DNA from: an uncultured delta proteobacterium
Lineage (GTDB): Bacteria; Myxococcota; Myxococcia; SLRQ01
Length of the DNA stretch: 64,000 nucleotides
Direction of reading: 5' to 3'
Assembly (NCBI GenBank): GCA_963727485.1
Contig: CAVSGM010000002.1
Location: forward strand, 1,280,001-1,344,000
A program made the translations under genes and the position numbers. Below the pieces are notes generated by a model that was given only the letters and a program-made list of their open reading frames with translations, was not told the DNA's origin and searched no databases. Shown here piece after piece: positions 38,977-48,162 of this stretch (positions within the stretch are counted from its first letter, which is position 1; each line of letters starts with the position of its first letter).

Positions 38977-40317
38977 TCACGCCACGGCCCGGGGCCCCCG
39001 GCCCAGGGGGAAGCCGCAGGCGGGGATGGCGTCGCCGGGGATTGCCCGGGAGACCAGGAAGCCCTGGGCGTAGTCGCAGCCCTGGCGCGCCAGCATCCCC
39101 AGGTGGGTCCCGGTCTCCACCCCCTCGGCCACCACCTCGAGATCCAGGGCGTGGGCGAGGTCGACCACCGCCCGGGCGATGGCGGCGTCGGCGGGGTCGT
39201 CGGCCATCCCCCGGACGAAGCTCTGGTCGAGCTTGAGGAGATCCACCGGGAAGCGCTTGAGGTAGGCGAGCGACGCGTAGCCGGTGCCGAAGTCGTCGAT
39301 CACCAGGCCCATCCCCAGGGCCTTGAGGCCGGTGAGGGTGGCGACGGTGGTCTCGTCGGTGCCGAGGACCACGCTCTCGGTGACCTCGAGCTGGAGGAGG
39401 CCGGGGTCGACGCCGGTCTCCTCGACCACCCGGGCCACGGTGGCCACCAGCCCCGGCTGGCGCACCTGGAGGGCCGAGAGGTTCACCGCCAGCTGGAGGT
39501 CGGGGAGGCCGGCGTCGTGCCAGCGGCGCCACTGGGTGCAGGCGGCCCGGAGCACCCACTCCCCGAGGGGGACGATGAGGCCGGTCTGCTCGGCGACGGG
39601 GATGACCTCCGCCGGGGACACCTCGCCGAGCTCGGGGTCGGTCCAGCGCAGCAGCGCCTCGACGCCGACCACCCGGCCGGTGCGCAGGTCGAGCTGGGGC
39701 TGGTAGTGGACGTCGAGGGCCTCCTCGGCGATGGCCCGGCGCAGGTGGCTCTCCCGGAGGAAGCGCTGGAGGCCCTCCTGGGCGAGCTCGGCGGACCAGA
39801 AGCGCCAGCCCCCGCCCTGGGCCCGGGCGCGCTGGCCCGCGGCGCCGGCGTGGCGGACGAGCCGGGCGACGTCGGCGCCGTCCTCGGGGTGGACCGCGAC
39901 CCCGAGGCTCACGCCCACCGCCACCTCCTGCCCCGCGACGCGCACCGGCCGGGTCACCGCCCGGGTGATCTTCCCGGCGAGGGTGGCCAGCCCGGTGCGG
40001 CTCTCGGCGCCGTCCACCAGCACCACCAGGGCGTTGCCCCCGAGGCGGGCGACCACGTCGGACCCGCGCACCGTCTCCGCCATCCGTGCCGCGGCGGCGT
40101 CGACCACCGCCTCACCCACGTCGTAGCCAAGGGTGGTGCTCACCCGGGCGAGGCGGTCGAGGGTCACCACCAGCACCGCCACCCGCTCGCCCTGGCGATC
40201 GGCCCGGGCGAGGGCGTGGCGGGCGAGGTGCTCGAAGATCCGGCGGTCGGGCACCGCATGGGCGACCGGGGGCGGCGGAGCGGACGTCGGGCGTCTTGGC
40301 GGCTGTGGTGTCGTCAC
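38977..40317 (-). CDS. GGDEF(degenerate)-EAL c-di-GMP phosphodiesterase
   Basis: ARLGGNAL replaces GGDEF; intact EALLRW, EVTES, DDFGTGY, AEGVET. Confidence 0.88.
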   Translation of the reverse strand: MTTPQPPRRPTSAPPPPVAHAVPDRRIFEHLARHALARADRQGERVAVLVVTLDRLARVSTTLGYDVGEAVVDAAAARMAETVRGSDVVARLGGNALVVLVDGAESRTGLATLAGKITRAVTRPVRVAGQEVAVGVSLGVAVHPEDGADVARLVRHAGAAGQRARAQGGGWRFWSAELAQEGLQRFLRESHLRRAIAEEALDVHYQPQLDLRTGRVVGVEALLRWTDPELGEVSPAEVIPVAEQTGLIVPLGEWVLRAACTQWRRWHDAGLPDLQLAVNLSALQVRQPGLVATVARVVEETGVDPGLLQLEVTESVVLGTDETTVATLTGLKALGMGLVIDDFGTGYASLAYLKRFPVDLLKLDQSFVRGMADDPADAAIARAVVDLAHALDLEVVAEGVETGTHLGMLARQGCDYAQGFLVSRAIPGDAIPACGFPLGRGPRAVA

Positions 40318-40496
40318 GTGTGGAGCGCCCTCGCTCCCCCCATGGCCGTGGGTGGGGTGCACGCCCCGTGCCCGGGATCGACGCGCCGCGGCGTCGCGCG
40401 AGTGCCCCGTGGTGTCGCAGGTTCGCGTGAGGGGCGCCGGCCCGGAGGCGCAGCTTCTGCGAATGGGGTGCAGGCTGCGCGCAAGGGCTTGCGCCG

Positions 40497-41846
40497 CTAC
40501 GCCAGCTCGAAGTACCGCGCCAGCTCCCAGTCGGTCACCGCCCGGCGGTGCTGCGCCACCTCCCACCGCCGGGTGCGCACGTAGTGGTCCACGAACTCGG
40601 CGCCGAGGAGGTCCCGGGCCTCGGCGCTGGCGGCGAGGGCCTCGGTGGCGGCGGCGAGGTCCCCGGGGATCTGGGGCGCGCCCGGGGCGTCGTAGGCGCT
40701 GCCGCTGGTGGGCGCGCCGAGCTCGAGGCCCTGCTCGACGCCATGGAGCCCGGCGCCCAGGGTCGCCGCGAAGGCGAGGTAGGGGTTGATGTCGGCGCCG
40801 CCCTGGCGCCACTCCACCCGGGTCGCCTTCTGGCCGGGGCCGGTGATCACCCGGCCGGTGCAGGTGCGGTTCTCCAGCCCCCAGGTCACGGTGGTCGGCG
40901 CCCAGGTGCCCGCGACGAAGCGCTTGTAGCTGTTGACGTTGGGGGCGATGAGCGCGGTCAGCGCCGGGGCCAGGTGGATCTGCCCGGCGAGGTAGTGGCG
41001 CATCAGGGCGCTCATGTGGTGCGGGTCGGCGCCGTCGGCGAACAGCGGCGTCGTCCCCTCGGCGTCCCACAGGGACTGGTGGATGTGACCCGAGCACCCG
41101 GGGTAGTCGGTGGACCACTTGGCCATGAAGCAGGCGGTGAGCCCGTGGCGATGGGCGAGCTCCTTGACCGCGGTCTTGAACAGGGCCGCCTGGTCGGCGG
41201 CGGCCAGGGCGCCGGTGGCGGTGAGCGCCGCCTCGTAGACCCCGGGCCCGGTCTCGGTGTGGAGCCCCTCCACCGGGATCCCGAAGGCCTCGAGGCCGTC
41301 GAGGAGGTCGTGGACCAAAGGCGCGTTCTGGCTCGAGCGCAGCCAGGAGTAGCCGAACATCCCCGGGGTCAGGGGCTCGAGGCGGTGGTAGCCCTTCTCC
41401 CGCAGGCTCTCCGGGGTCTCCTGGAAGAAGAAGAACTCGAACTCCGCGGCCATCTTCGCCCGGTAGCCGAGCCCCTCGGCCCGGGCGAGGACCCGCTTCA
41501 GGACCGAGCGGGGCGAGACCCGCTCGTCGAAGTCGAGGAGGAAGGCCGCGGTCTCCGGCTCCCAGGGGATCATCCGGAAGGTGTCGGTATCGACGTGGGC
41601 CTCGAGGTCCGGGTAGCCGGTGCGCCAGCCGGTGAAGGCCTTGGGGTCGTCGTCCTCGTAGAGCGCGTCGCCCACGTCCCAGCCGAAGATCACGTCGCAG
41701 AAGCCCATGCCCTTCTCCACCGCCGAGAGGAGCTTGTCGCGGCTGACGTACTTGCCGCGGAGCACGCCGTCGACGTCGAAGCCGCCGATCTTCACCCGCC
41801 GCACGCCGTGGTCGTCGAGGGTCTGCTTGAGGGTTTCGAGGTCCAT
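40497..41846 (-). CDS. Glutamine synthetase-family protein (gamma-glutamyl amine ligase-like)
   Basis: DVDGVLRGK, EFEFF, HTETGPGVYE, GCSGHIHQSL, NSYKRF, WGLENRT, ADINPY. Confidence 0.9.
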   Translation of the reverse strand: MDLETLKQTLDDHGVRRVKIGGFDVDGVLRGKYVSRDKLLSAVEKGMGFCDVIFGWDVGDALYEDDDPKAFTGWRTGYPDLEAHVDTDTFRMIPWEPETAAFLLDFDERVSPRSVLKRVLARAEGLGYRAKMAAEFEFFFFQETPESLREKGYHRLEPLTPGMFGYSWLRSSQNAPLVHDLLDGLEAFGIPVEGLHTETGPGVYEAALTATGALAAADQAALFKTAVKELAHRHGLTACFMAKWSTDYPGCSGHIHQSLWDAEGTTPLFADGADPHHMSALMRHYLAGQIHLAPALTALIAPNVNSYKRFVAGTWAPTTVTWGLENRTCTGRVITGPGQKATRVEWRQGGADINPYLAFAATLGAGLHGVEQGLELGAPTSGSAYDAPGAPQIPGDLAAATEALAASAEARDLLGAEFVDHYVRTRRWEVAQHRRAVTDWELARYFELA

Positions 41847-41943
41847 GGGATTCGAGCCTACTCCATCGCCGTGGACCCGCCGAGGCCGGCCGGGGGATCA
41901 GGCGGGCCGTCAGACCCGGGGGCCCCTGGTAGACTTGGCTCGT

Positions 41944-42669
41944 ATGAGCGACCTCGCGTTCTATCTTCTCGTGGCCCTCGTGGTGGTGTCGCTGGTGGCC
42001 GGGAGGCCCATCGCCCGGATCCTCAGCCGCCTGTGGGACGAGCTCGGCCGGGAAGGCTGGGAGAACGGGGACGGTGTCGAAGCCGGGGACGTGGTGCCGG
42101 TGGGCGCGGAGCGCTGCGTGGCCTGTGGATCCGACGACCTGGAGCTGCTCGCCCCAAGGGTCTACCGGTGCCGCGCCTGCGGGTACGAGGGCGGCGAGAA
42201 CCGGGGCGCCTGGGAGCGCACGCGGAACCAGGCCGCCTGGGCCGCCCGGCCCTGGTCCGAGCGCCTCGCCGCCGCCCGGAGCGGGGTCCAGGACACCCGG
42301 CGCCAGCTCCTCGCCGTCGAGGACCACGCCCGGCGGTGGCCGGCCCCCGAGGTCATCCAGGCCTACGCCTCCAGCTACCACGACTGGCACCCCGTCCAAC
42401 GGGACCCCTTCATCTCCGATCTCACCGAGGTCCGGCTGCGCCAGCACGCGAAGGAGGCCCTCCTCGAGGCCATCCGCATGGCCCTGGCCCCCCTCTACGC
42501 CGCCGCCGACGCCGTCCCCGGCCTCGAGCTCCCGCCCCCGGACGACCCGGCCTGGGACGGGGAGCCCGACGCGGTCTTCGCCCGGGCGCAGGCCACGATC
42601 ACCGGCGCCCTCGCCCGGATCGACGAGGTCGAGGCATCGGTGCCTGCTGTTAGACTTGGTTCCCGATGA
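41944..42669 (+). CDS. Membrane-anchored zinc-ribbon protein, paralog 1 of 5
   Basis: N-terminal TM helix, CVAC-x14-CRACGYEGG, WAARPWSERL. Confidence 0.8.
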   Translation: MSDLAFYLLVALVVVSLVAGRPIARILSRLWDELGREGWENGDGVEAGDVVPVGAERCVACGSDDLELLAPRVYRCRACGYEGGENRGAWERTRNQAAWAARPWSERLAAARSGVQDTRRQLLAVEDHARRWPAPEVIQAYASSYHDWHPVQRDPFISDLTEVRLRQHAKEALLEAIRMALAPLYAAADAVPGLELPPPDDPAWDGEPDAVFARAQATITGALARIDEVEASVPAVRLGSR

Positions 42670-43316
42670 GCGCGACCGAGATCTACGTCTGGCTGGCCGT
42701 CATCCTGGCGAGCGTGTTCGCGATCCCCCTGGGCATCAAGGGCCTCGTCCGCGCCTGGGACGCCTGGCACCACCCGCCGTTCCGGGACAACACCTGCGTC
42801 GCCTGCGGCTCCGCCGACCTCGACTCCCAGGGCCCCGGGGTCTACCGCTGCCGGGCCTGCGGCTACGAGGGCGGGGAGAACCGGGGCGCCTTCGAGGAGG
42901 CGAAGCGCCAGAAAGCCTGGGCCGAGCGCCCGTGGTCCGAGCGCCTCGCCGCCGCCCGCGACTACGTCGTCGACGCCCGCCGGCAGCTCGACCTGCACCG
43001 GGACGCCCTCTACTACCAACGCTTCCTGGACTACGACTACTCGACCTACGCCTCCGCGGTGGAGGAGGCGCCCCTGTCCCTGGAGCAGCCGAGCTGGGTC
43101 GTGGCGCGGGACAACATGCGCATCGCCCTCACCCAGGCGTTCGTCCCCCTGGAGAAGGCGGCCGAGGCGGTTCCCCAGATCGAGCTGCCGGTCCTCGACG
43201 ACGCGGCGTGGGAGGCCGACCCCAAGGAGCTGTTCAAGTCCCTCGACGTCCTCGTGGACCGGGTGAAGGCACAGCTCGATGCCCTGGCGGCGGGACCGGG
43301 TCCCACCCCAGGGTGA
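42666..43316 (+). CDS. Membrane-anchored zinc-ribbon protein, paralog 2 of 5
   Basis: TM, CVAC-x14-CRACGYEGG, WAERPWSERL. Confidence 0.8.
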   Translation: MSATEIYVWLAVILASVFAIPLGIKGLVRAWDAWHHPPFRDNTCVACGSADLDSQGPGVYRCRACGYEGGENRGAFEEAKRQKAWAERPWSERLAAARDYVVDARRQLDLHRDALYYQRFLDYDYSTYASAVEEAPLSLEQPSWVVARDNMRIALTQAFVPLEKAAEAVPQIELPVLDDAAWEADPKELFKSLDVLVDRVKAQLDALAAGPGPTPG

Positions 43317-43335
43317 TCCCTGGTAGAGTCCGCCC

Positions 43336-44103
43336 GTGATCGCCGTGCTGCCGGGAGCGTGGGCGGGCGCCGCCGCCGGATCCCCGTTGGGGGCGGTAGT
43401 GGTGAGCTGGTTGACGGTCCTCCTCCACGACGTGCTGGAGGTGGCTGCGCTGGCCGTGGCGGGGATCGTCGTCGGCGCCGTGTACTTCTGGTGGGGCCTG
43501 CGGGCCCCGTCGCCGGGCGACGACGGGGGGTGTGTCGCCTGCGGGTCCACCGACCTGGAGGTCGTGGCCCCGGGGGTCTACGTGTGCCGGGCCTGCGGCT
43601 ACGAGGGGGGTGACGGCCGGCCCGCCTGGGAGCGCGACCGGCGCCAGGCCGAGTGGGCCTCGCGCCCCTGGCCCGAGCGTGTCACCGCCGCCCGGACCGC
43701 GGTGCGGGACGCTCTCCGCCAGCTCCTGGCCCTGGAGCCCGACGTGCGCCGCTGGCCCGCCGAGGCGGTCGTCGCCGCCTACGCCGCCACCTGGGAGCAG
43801 GGCGCCACCGACCAGCAGCGCACCTGGTACGCCGCCGAGCGCGAGGGCGTGGCCCGCGGCGCCCTGGTCTCCGCCATCGTCGGGGCCACGGCGCCCCTCC
43901 ACACCGCGGGCGAGGCGGTGCCTGACCTCGGCGTCCCAGACCCGGAGGACCCGAGCTGGAACGGCGAGCCCAGGGAGGTCTTCGCCCGGGCCCAGGCGGC
44001 GGCCACCGAAGCCCTCTCGCGCATCGACAAGACCGAAGCTTCGCTCGTCGCCGGACCGGCGGCGGACGCCAATCCGGCCCCCGACGCGGCGGGCGGCCGG
44101 TGA
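43336..44103 (+). CDS. Membrane-anchored zinc-ribbon protein, paralog 3 of 5
   Basis: TM, CVAC-x14-CRACGYEGG, WASRPWPERV. Confidence 0.8.
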   Translation: MIAVLPGAWAGAAAGSPLGAVVVSWLTVLLHDVLEVAALAVAGIVVGAVYFWWGLRAPSPGDDGGCVACGSTDLEVVAPGVYVCRACGYEGGDGRPAWERDRRQAEWASRPWPERVTAARTAVRDALRQLLALEPDVRRWPAEAVVAAYAATWEQGATDQQRTWYAAEREGVARGALVSAIVGATAPLHTAGEAVPDLGVPDPEDPSWNGEPREVFARAQAAATEALSRIDKTEASLVAGPAADANPAPDAAGGR

Positions 44104-44825
44104 TCGCCGACATCCCGGTGCGGGTGGACGGGCCCATCGTGCTGAACTGGACCTTCCTCTGGGTGCTGCTGGCGCTGCTCGTGCTGCCGACGGTGGGCTG
44201 GTCCCTCCTCTCGTGGCTCGTCTCCGGCTGGCGGCGCCGGACACCGGAGGCGAGCGACGACGCCTGCGCCGCCTGCGGCGCCACCGACCTCCTGGTGGAC
44301 GGGCCCGGGCTCTACACCTGCCGGGCCTGCGGCTACCAGGGCGGGTCCCGGCGCGGCCAGGCCGACGCCGCGGCCCGCCGGGCGCAGTGGGCCTCGCGCC
44401 CCGCCGCCGAGCGCGTCGCCGCCGCCGCCGCCGAGGGGGACCTGGCCACCGCCCGGCACCTGCTGACCAGCCTCGCGAACGACGCCCGGGCGCGATTCTG
44501 GGCGGGGATCGCCGATGGGTACGGGCGGGTGCCCCGGTACTACTACCTCCGCGTCCCCCGCTCCCGGTCCTACCGGGAGATGCAGCTCGCGGTGGAGAAC
44601 CTCTTCGCCGAGGTCTTCGCGGCCCTGCGGGCGGCCGCCGAGAAGGTCCCGGAGATCGAGGTCCCCCCGACGCCCAAGCTGTCCACCGGGCCCGGCGGCC
44701 TCCGCCAGAAGGAGGCCGAGATCCAGGACCGCGTGGCCTGGTGCGCCGAGGCGGTGGACCGGGCCGGGACAATCCTCGCGCTGGTGCCCCGCACCAATCC
44801 ACCGTCCCCCGCCGCCGCGCGCTAG
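44100..44825 (+). CDS. Membrane-anchored zinc-ribbon protein, paralog 4 of 5
   Basis: TM, CAAC-x14-CRACGYQGG, WASRPAAERV. Confidence 0.8.
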   Translation: MIADIPVRVDGPIVLNWTFLWVLLALLVLPTVGWSLLSWLVSGWRRRTPEASDDACAACGATDLLVDGPGLYTCRACGYQGGSRRGQADAAARRAQWASRPAAERVAAAAAEGDLATARHLLTSLANDARARFWAGIADGYGRVPRYYYLRVPRSRSYREMQLAVENLFAEVFAALRAAAEKVPEIEVPPTPKLSTGPGGLRQKEAEIQDRVAWCAEAVDRAGTILALVPRTNPPSPAAAR

Positions 44826-44834
44826 GAGCGCCTC

Positions 44835-45446
44835 ATGCCCGCCGTCTACCACGCCCGCGCCCTCATCGGCCTCACCGTCACCGCCGTCCTCGTGGTGGGC
44901 ACGGTGGTCCTCGTGATCCGCGCCCGAAGGATGGGGCCCGAGGTCCCCCGGTGCGTCGCCTGCGGGTCGCCGGCGCTCACGGTCCTCGCCCGGGAGGTCT
45001 ACACCTGCCGGGCCTGCGGCCACGAAGGCGGCGCCGGGCGCCCCCTCTATGACCTGGCCCGGACCCGGGCGGCGTGGGCCGGGCGACCCTGGGCCGAGCG
45101 CCTGGCGTCGGCCCGGGACGACCTGCGGGTCGCCGCCCGGGAGCTCGAGGCCCTCGAGCCCGTCCGGGCCCGGGTGGCCCGCCATGACCCCTTTGCCTGG
45201 GCGAAGAAGTCGGAGTACGACGACCCCGAGCTCGTCGAGGCCCAGCACACCCTCCTCGGGGGCCTCGCCGGGGTGCTGGGCCACGTGCGCGAGGCGGCGG
45301 GCAAGGTGCCGGGCCTCGAGGCGCCGGACCCGGAGGCGATCCTCCCGGTGCGGATCGAGCCGGAGACGGTGGCCGAGGTCTGGGACGCGGTCGAGGGGGC
45401 CGTCGTCGCCGCGGCGCGGGCCCTGAAGGCCGCCGCGACGCCCTGA
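44835..45446 (+). CDS. Membrane-anchored zinc-ribbon protein, paralog 5 of 5
   Basis: TM, CVAC-x14-CRACGHEGG, WAGRPWAERL. Confidence 0.8.
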   Translation: MPAVYHARALIGLTVTAVLVVGTVVLVIRARRMGPEVPRCVACGSPALTVLAREVYTCRACGHEGGAGRPLYDLARTRAAWAGRPWAERLASARDDLRVAARELEALEPVRARVARHDPFAWAKKSEYDDPELVEAQHTLLGGLAGVLGHVREAAGKVPGLEAPDPEAILPVRIEPETVAEVWDAVEGAVVAAARALKAAATP

Positions 45447-45451
45447 CGGAC

Positions 45452-45667
45452 TCAGGCCCGCGGCCGGGGCCGGCTCGCCGGGGTCGCCACCTCGTTCTTC
45501 ATCATCTTCCGCAGCGCCGCGCGGAACGCCGGGGTGTCGTCCTCGTCGTGGACGTCGATGGCGTGGGCCACCGCCGCCCGCATCAGCTCGTCCTCCTCCC
45601 CGGACATGGTCAGGGTGCAGCCGACTTCGTTGGGCAGGTCGCGACAGTCGAGGGTCTTTCGTGCCAT
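45452..45667 (-). CDS. DUF1059-family small metal-binding protein
   Basis: LDCRDLP..GCTLTMSGEEDELMRAAVAHAIDVH; AGGAGG RBS. Confidence 0.8.
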   Translation of the reverse strand: MARKTLDCRDLPNEVGCTLTMSGEEDELMRAAVAHAIDVHDEDDTPAFRAALRKMMKNEVATPASRPRPRA

Positions 45668-45799
45668 GGCGGTCCTCCTTCGGGTCCCCTCCCGGCCCAA
45701 GGCGTGGACACGGGTGGCCGCCGCGGCAACGGCGGACGAAGCCCCTCGGGGGACCGCCGGGCGGGGACGACCCCCTGGGCCTACTCGCCCCCGGGCGGC

Positions 45800-45910
45800 G
45801 TCTGCCGGGCCGCCCTCGGGCGCACGGATCCGCGCCATCACGTGGACGTCGGCGTAGGCGCCGTCGCGGAAGGCGTCGCGCCGGAGCGTCCCCTCGACCA
45901 CCAAGCTCAT
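45800..45910 (-). pseudogene. C-terminal fragment of a RimJ/RimL-type GNAT acetyltransferase
   Basis: VEGTLRRDAFRDGAYADVHVMARIR matches the typical GNAT C-terminus, with no N-terminal part present. Confidence 0.55.
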
Positions 45911-46482
45911 GACCGGGCTCCGGGGAGGGCGCGGCCGTGGAGGAAGCCGCGGACGTGGGCCTTGGGATCCACCGGGGGCACCGCCAGGTCACGGGCCGCG
46001 CGGCGGAAGCTCTCGGAGGCGAGGAGGGGACCGAGGAGGGCGCCGAGGGTCTGGAGGGGCGGCTCGGGGCGCAGCTGCCCCCGGGCCTGGTAGGCGCCCA
46101 GGATCTCCACGATCCCGCCGATGGTCTTCACCGGCCGGTCGAGGGCGGGCCGGAGCTCGGGGCGGCGCGAGAGCTCGAGGAGGATCCCCTGGACCAGGGC
46201 CCCGTGGCCGGCGCTGGTCTCGAGATAGGCGACCACGATGGCCTCGAGGTCGGCCTCGAGGTCCCCGGTGAAGGTCACCCGGGCGAGCGGCACCTGGTCG
46301 AGGAGCCGGGTCACCGCCCGGGCCACCAGCGCCGCCTTGCTCCCGTAGCGCCGGAACAGGGTCGCCTCGTGGACCCCGGCCCGGGCGGCGATGGCCCGGG
46401 TGGTCGCCTGGTCGTAGCCCGCCTCCACCAGGAGGGCGGTGGTCGCCGCGAACACGGCGTCCTCGTCGATGAGCTTGGGCAT
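45907..46482 (-). CDS. TetR/AcrR-family regulator
   Basis: GYDQATTRAIAARAGVHEATLFRRYGSKAAL. Confidence 0.9.
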   Translation of the reverse strand: MPKLIDEDAVFAATTALLVEAGYDQATTRAIAARAGVHEATLFRRYGSKAALVARAVTRLLDQVPLARVTFTGDLEADLEAIVVAYLETSAGHGALVQGILLELSRRPELRPALDRPVKTIGGIVEILGAYQARGQLRPEPPLQTLGALLGPLLASESFRRAARDLAVPPVDPKAHVRGFLHGRALPGARS

Positions 46483-46495
46483 CTGCGGGGGAGTA

Positions 46496-46552
46496 TATGC
46501 AAGTCTTGACTCGCATACACGGGGTGGCTAGGTTTGCAAGCGTTCACTCGCA
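46496..46552. promoter_or_regulatory. Two TetR operator-like palindromes
   Basis: TATGCAAGTC-TT-GACTCGCATA (46496-46517) and related TGCAAGCGTTCACTCGCA (46535-46552) between divergent tetR and nitroreductase. Confidence 0.7.
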
Positions 46553-46566
46553 AAAGGAAGCCTCCC

Positions 46567-47539
46567 ATGGCCGCTCCGTCCCTCACCCCGCCGCCGCCCG
46601 CCACCCTGGTCCCCGACGTCGATCTCTACGACGCGGTCCTCGCCCGGCGCAGCGTCCGCACCTTCGACGGCGGGCCCCTGCGCCCCGAGCACGTGGCGCT
46701 CATCCGCGACTACCTCGCCGAGCCGGCCCGCACCACCGGTCCCTTGGGCCACCGGGCGCGCATCGCCTTCCTGGAGGACGTGGGCGAGGGCGACCAGGAG
46801 ATCGGCACCTACGGCTACGTGAAGGGTTACCAGGCGGTCCTCGCCGGCGTCGCCCCGGACGACCCGGTGGCCCTCTTCGACCTCGCCTACGCCTTCCACG
46901 GGCTCGTCCTCCAGCTCACCCGCGTGGGGGTGGGCACGGTGTGGATCGGCGCCGCGTTCAAGCGCTCGGAGGTCCTCCGGTCCCTGGAGGTCGCCCCCGG
47001 AGAGCTGCATCGCCGCCATCGCCCCGGTGGGCTACCCCGAGGACAAGCGGCTCCTGGAGAGGACCATGCGCCTCGCCCTCGGCGCCGACCACCGGAGGCC
47101 CCTGGACTTCACCTACCGCCTCGGCGACCTCGCCACCCCCCTCGGCGAGGCCGGCGGCGAGCTGCGCCCGGCCCTCACCCTCGCCCGCCGCGCCCCCTCG
47201 GCGAAGAACAAGCAGAGCTGGCGGGTGGTGGTCGCCCGGGACGGCGGGCGCCTCGACGTCTACTGCGCCTTCGGGCTGCGCGGCCAGGTGGGCACCGGGC
47301 GGAAGAGCTACGCGGTCAGCCCCGAGTACCTGGACGTGGGCACCTTCGTCCGCAGCCTCACCATCGGCCTCGCCCACGACGGGATCGCCGGGCACCTGGT
47401 GGTCGACGACCCGGGCCTCGCCGTCCCCGAGGGCCAGGACCTCGGCTACCTGGTGAGCTGGGTGCGCGATGAGGGAGCGTCGTCCACCTCGGCGCCCGGG
47501 CGGGTGACCACCGCGCACACCGCCCCGTCCCGCTCGTAG
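46567..47539 (+). CDS. Nitroreductase-family protein; apparent frameshift near 47010, 3' end uncertain
   Basis: ARRSVRTF, GVGTVWIG, then ARRAPSAKNKQSWR in the next frame. Confidence 0.8.
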
Positions 47540-48136
47540 AATCTCGAGGCCCTCGAACCCGGCGTCGTCGAGCCACTCCAGCCACCCGGCCTCGGCCTGG
47601 AGCGCCGGGTGGGCGAAGGCCACCGCGAGCTTCCCCCCGGGCTTGAGGACCCGGAGGAGCTCCCGGAGCCCCGCTTGGGGATCGGGCCAGTGCTGGAGGC
47701 TGTTGACCGAGAGCGCCCGGTCGAAGGAGGCGTCGTCGAAGGGCAGGTGGCCGGCGGTGCCCAGGGTGAGGGTCACCTGGCCCGACTCCACCGCCGCCAG
47801 GTTCCGGGCCCGGGCCATGAGCACCATCTCGGCCGAGGGATCGACGCCGGCGACCCGGCCGTGCGGCACCTCGGCGACGAGGCGGGCGATGGCGACGCCG
47901 GGACCGAAGCCCACCTCCAGGACCTGGTGGTCCTCGGCGAGGTCGAGGCTGTCGATGACCCAGGCGTTGAGGGCCTGGTGCTTCCGGGCCATGAGCCAGC
48001 CGCCGACGCGGCCGAGGAGGCCCCTCGGCTGGCCGAAGCTGCGCTCGAGGAGGGCGCGCGTCAGCGGCAGGGGCCGTCCCGCCCCGCCCCGGGCGCGGAC
48101 GAGGAGGCGGCCGAGGGTGTCCTGGACGACCGACAT
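47446..48136 (-). CDS. Class I SAM-dependent methyltransferase; C-terminus frameshifted, end uncertain
   Basis: FGQPRGLLG, VLEVGFGPG, GVDPSAEM, LPFDDASFD, RVLKPGG. Confidence 0.85.
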
Positions 48137-48162
48137 GGGGACCTCCCGGGCTCGCCTTGAGC

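Noticed and set aside
41944..45446. Diversity-generating retroelement or integron cassette array explaining the paralogs
   Set aside because: No reverse transcriptase, template repeat, integrase or attC-like sites are visible, and the genes overlap or nearly abut.
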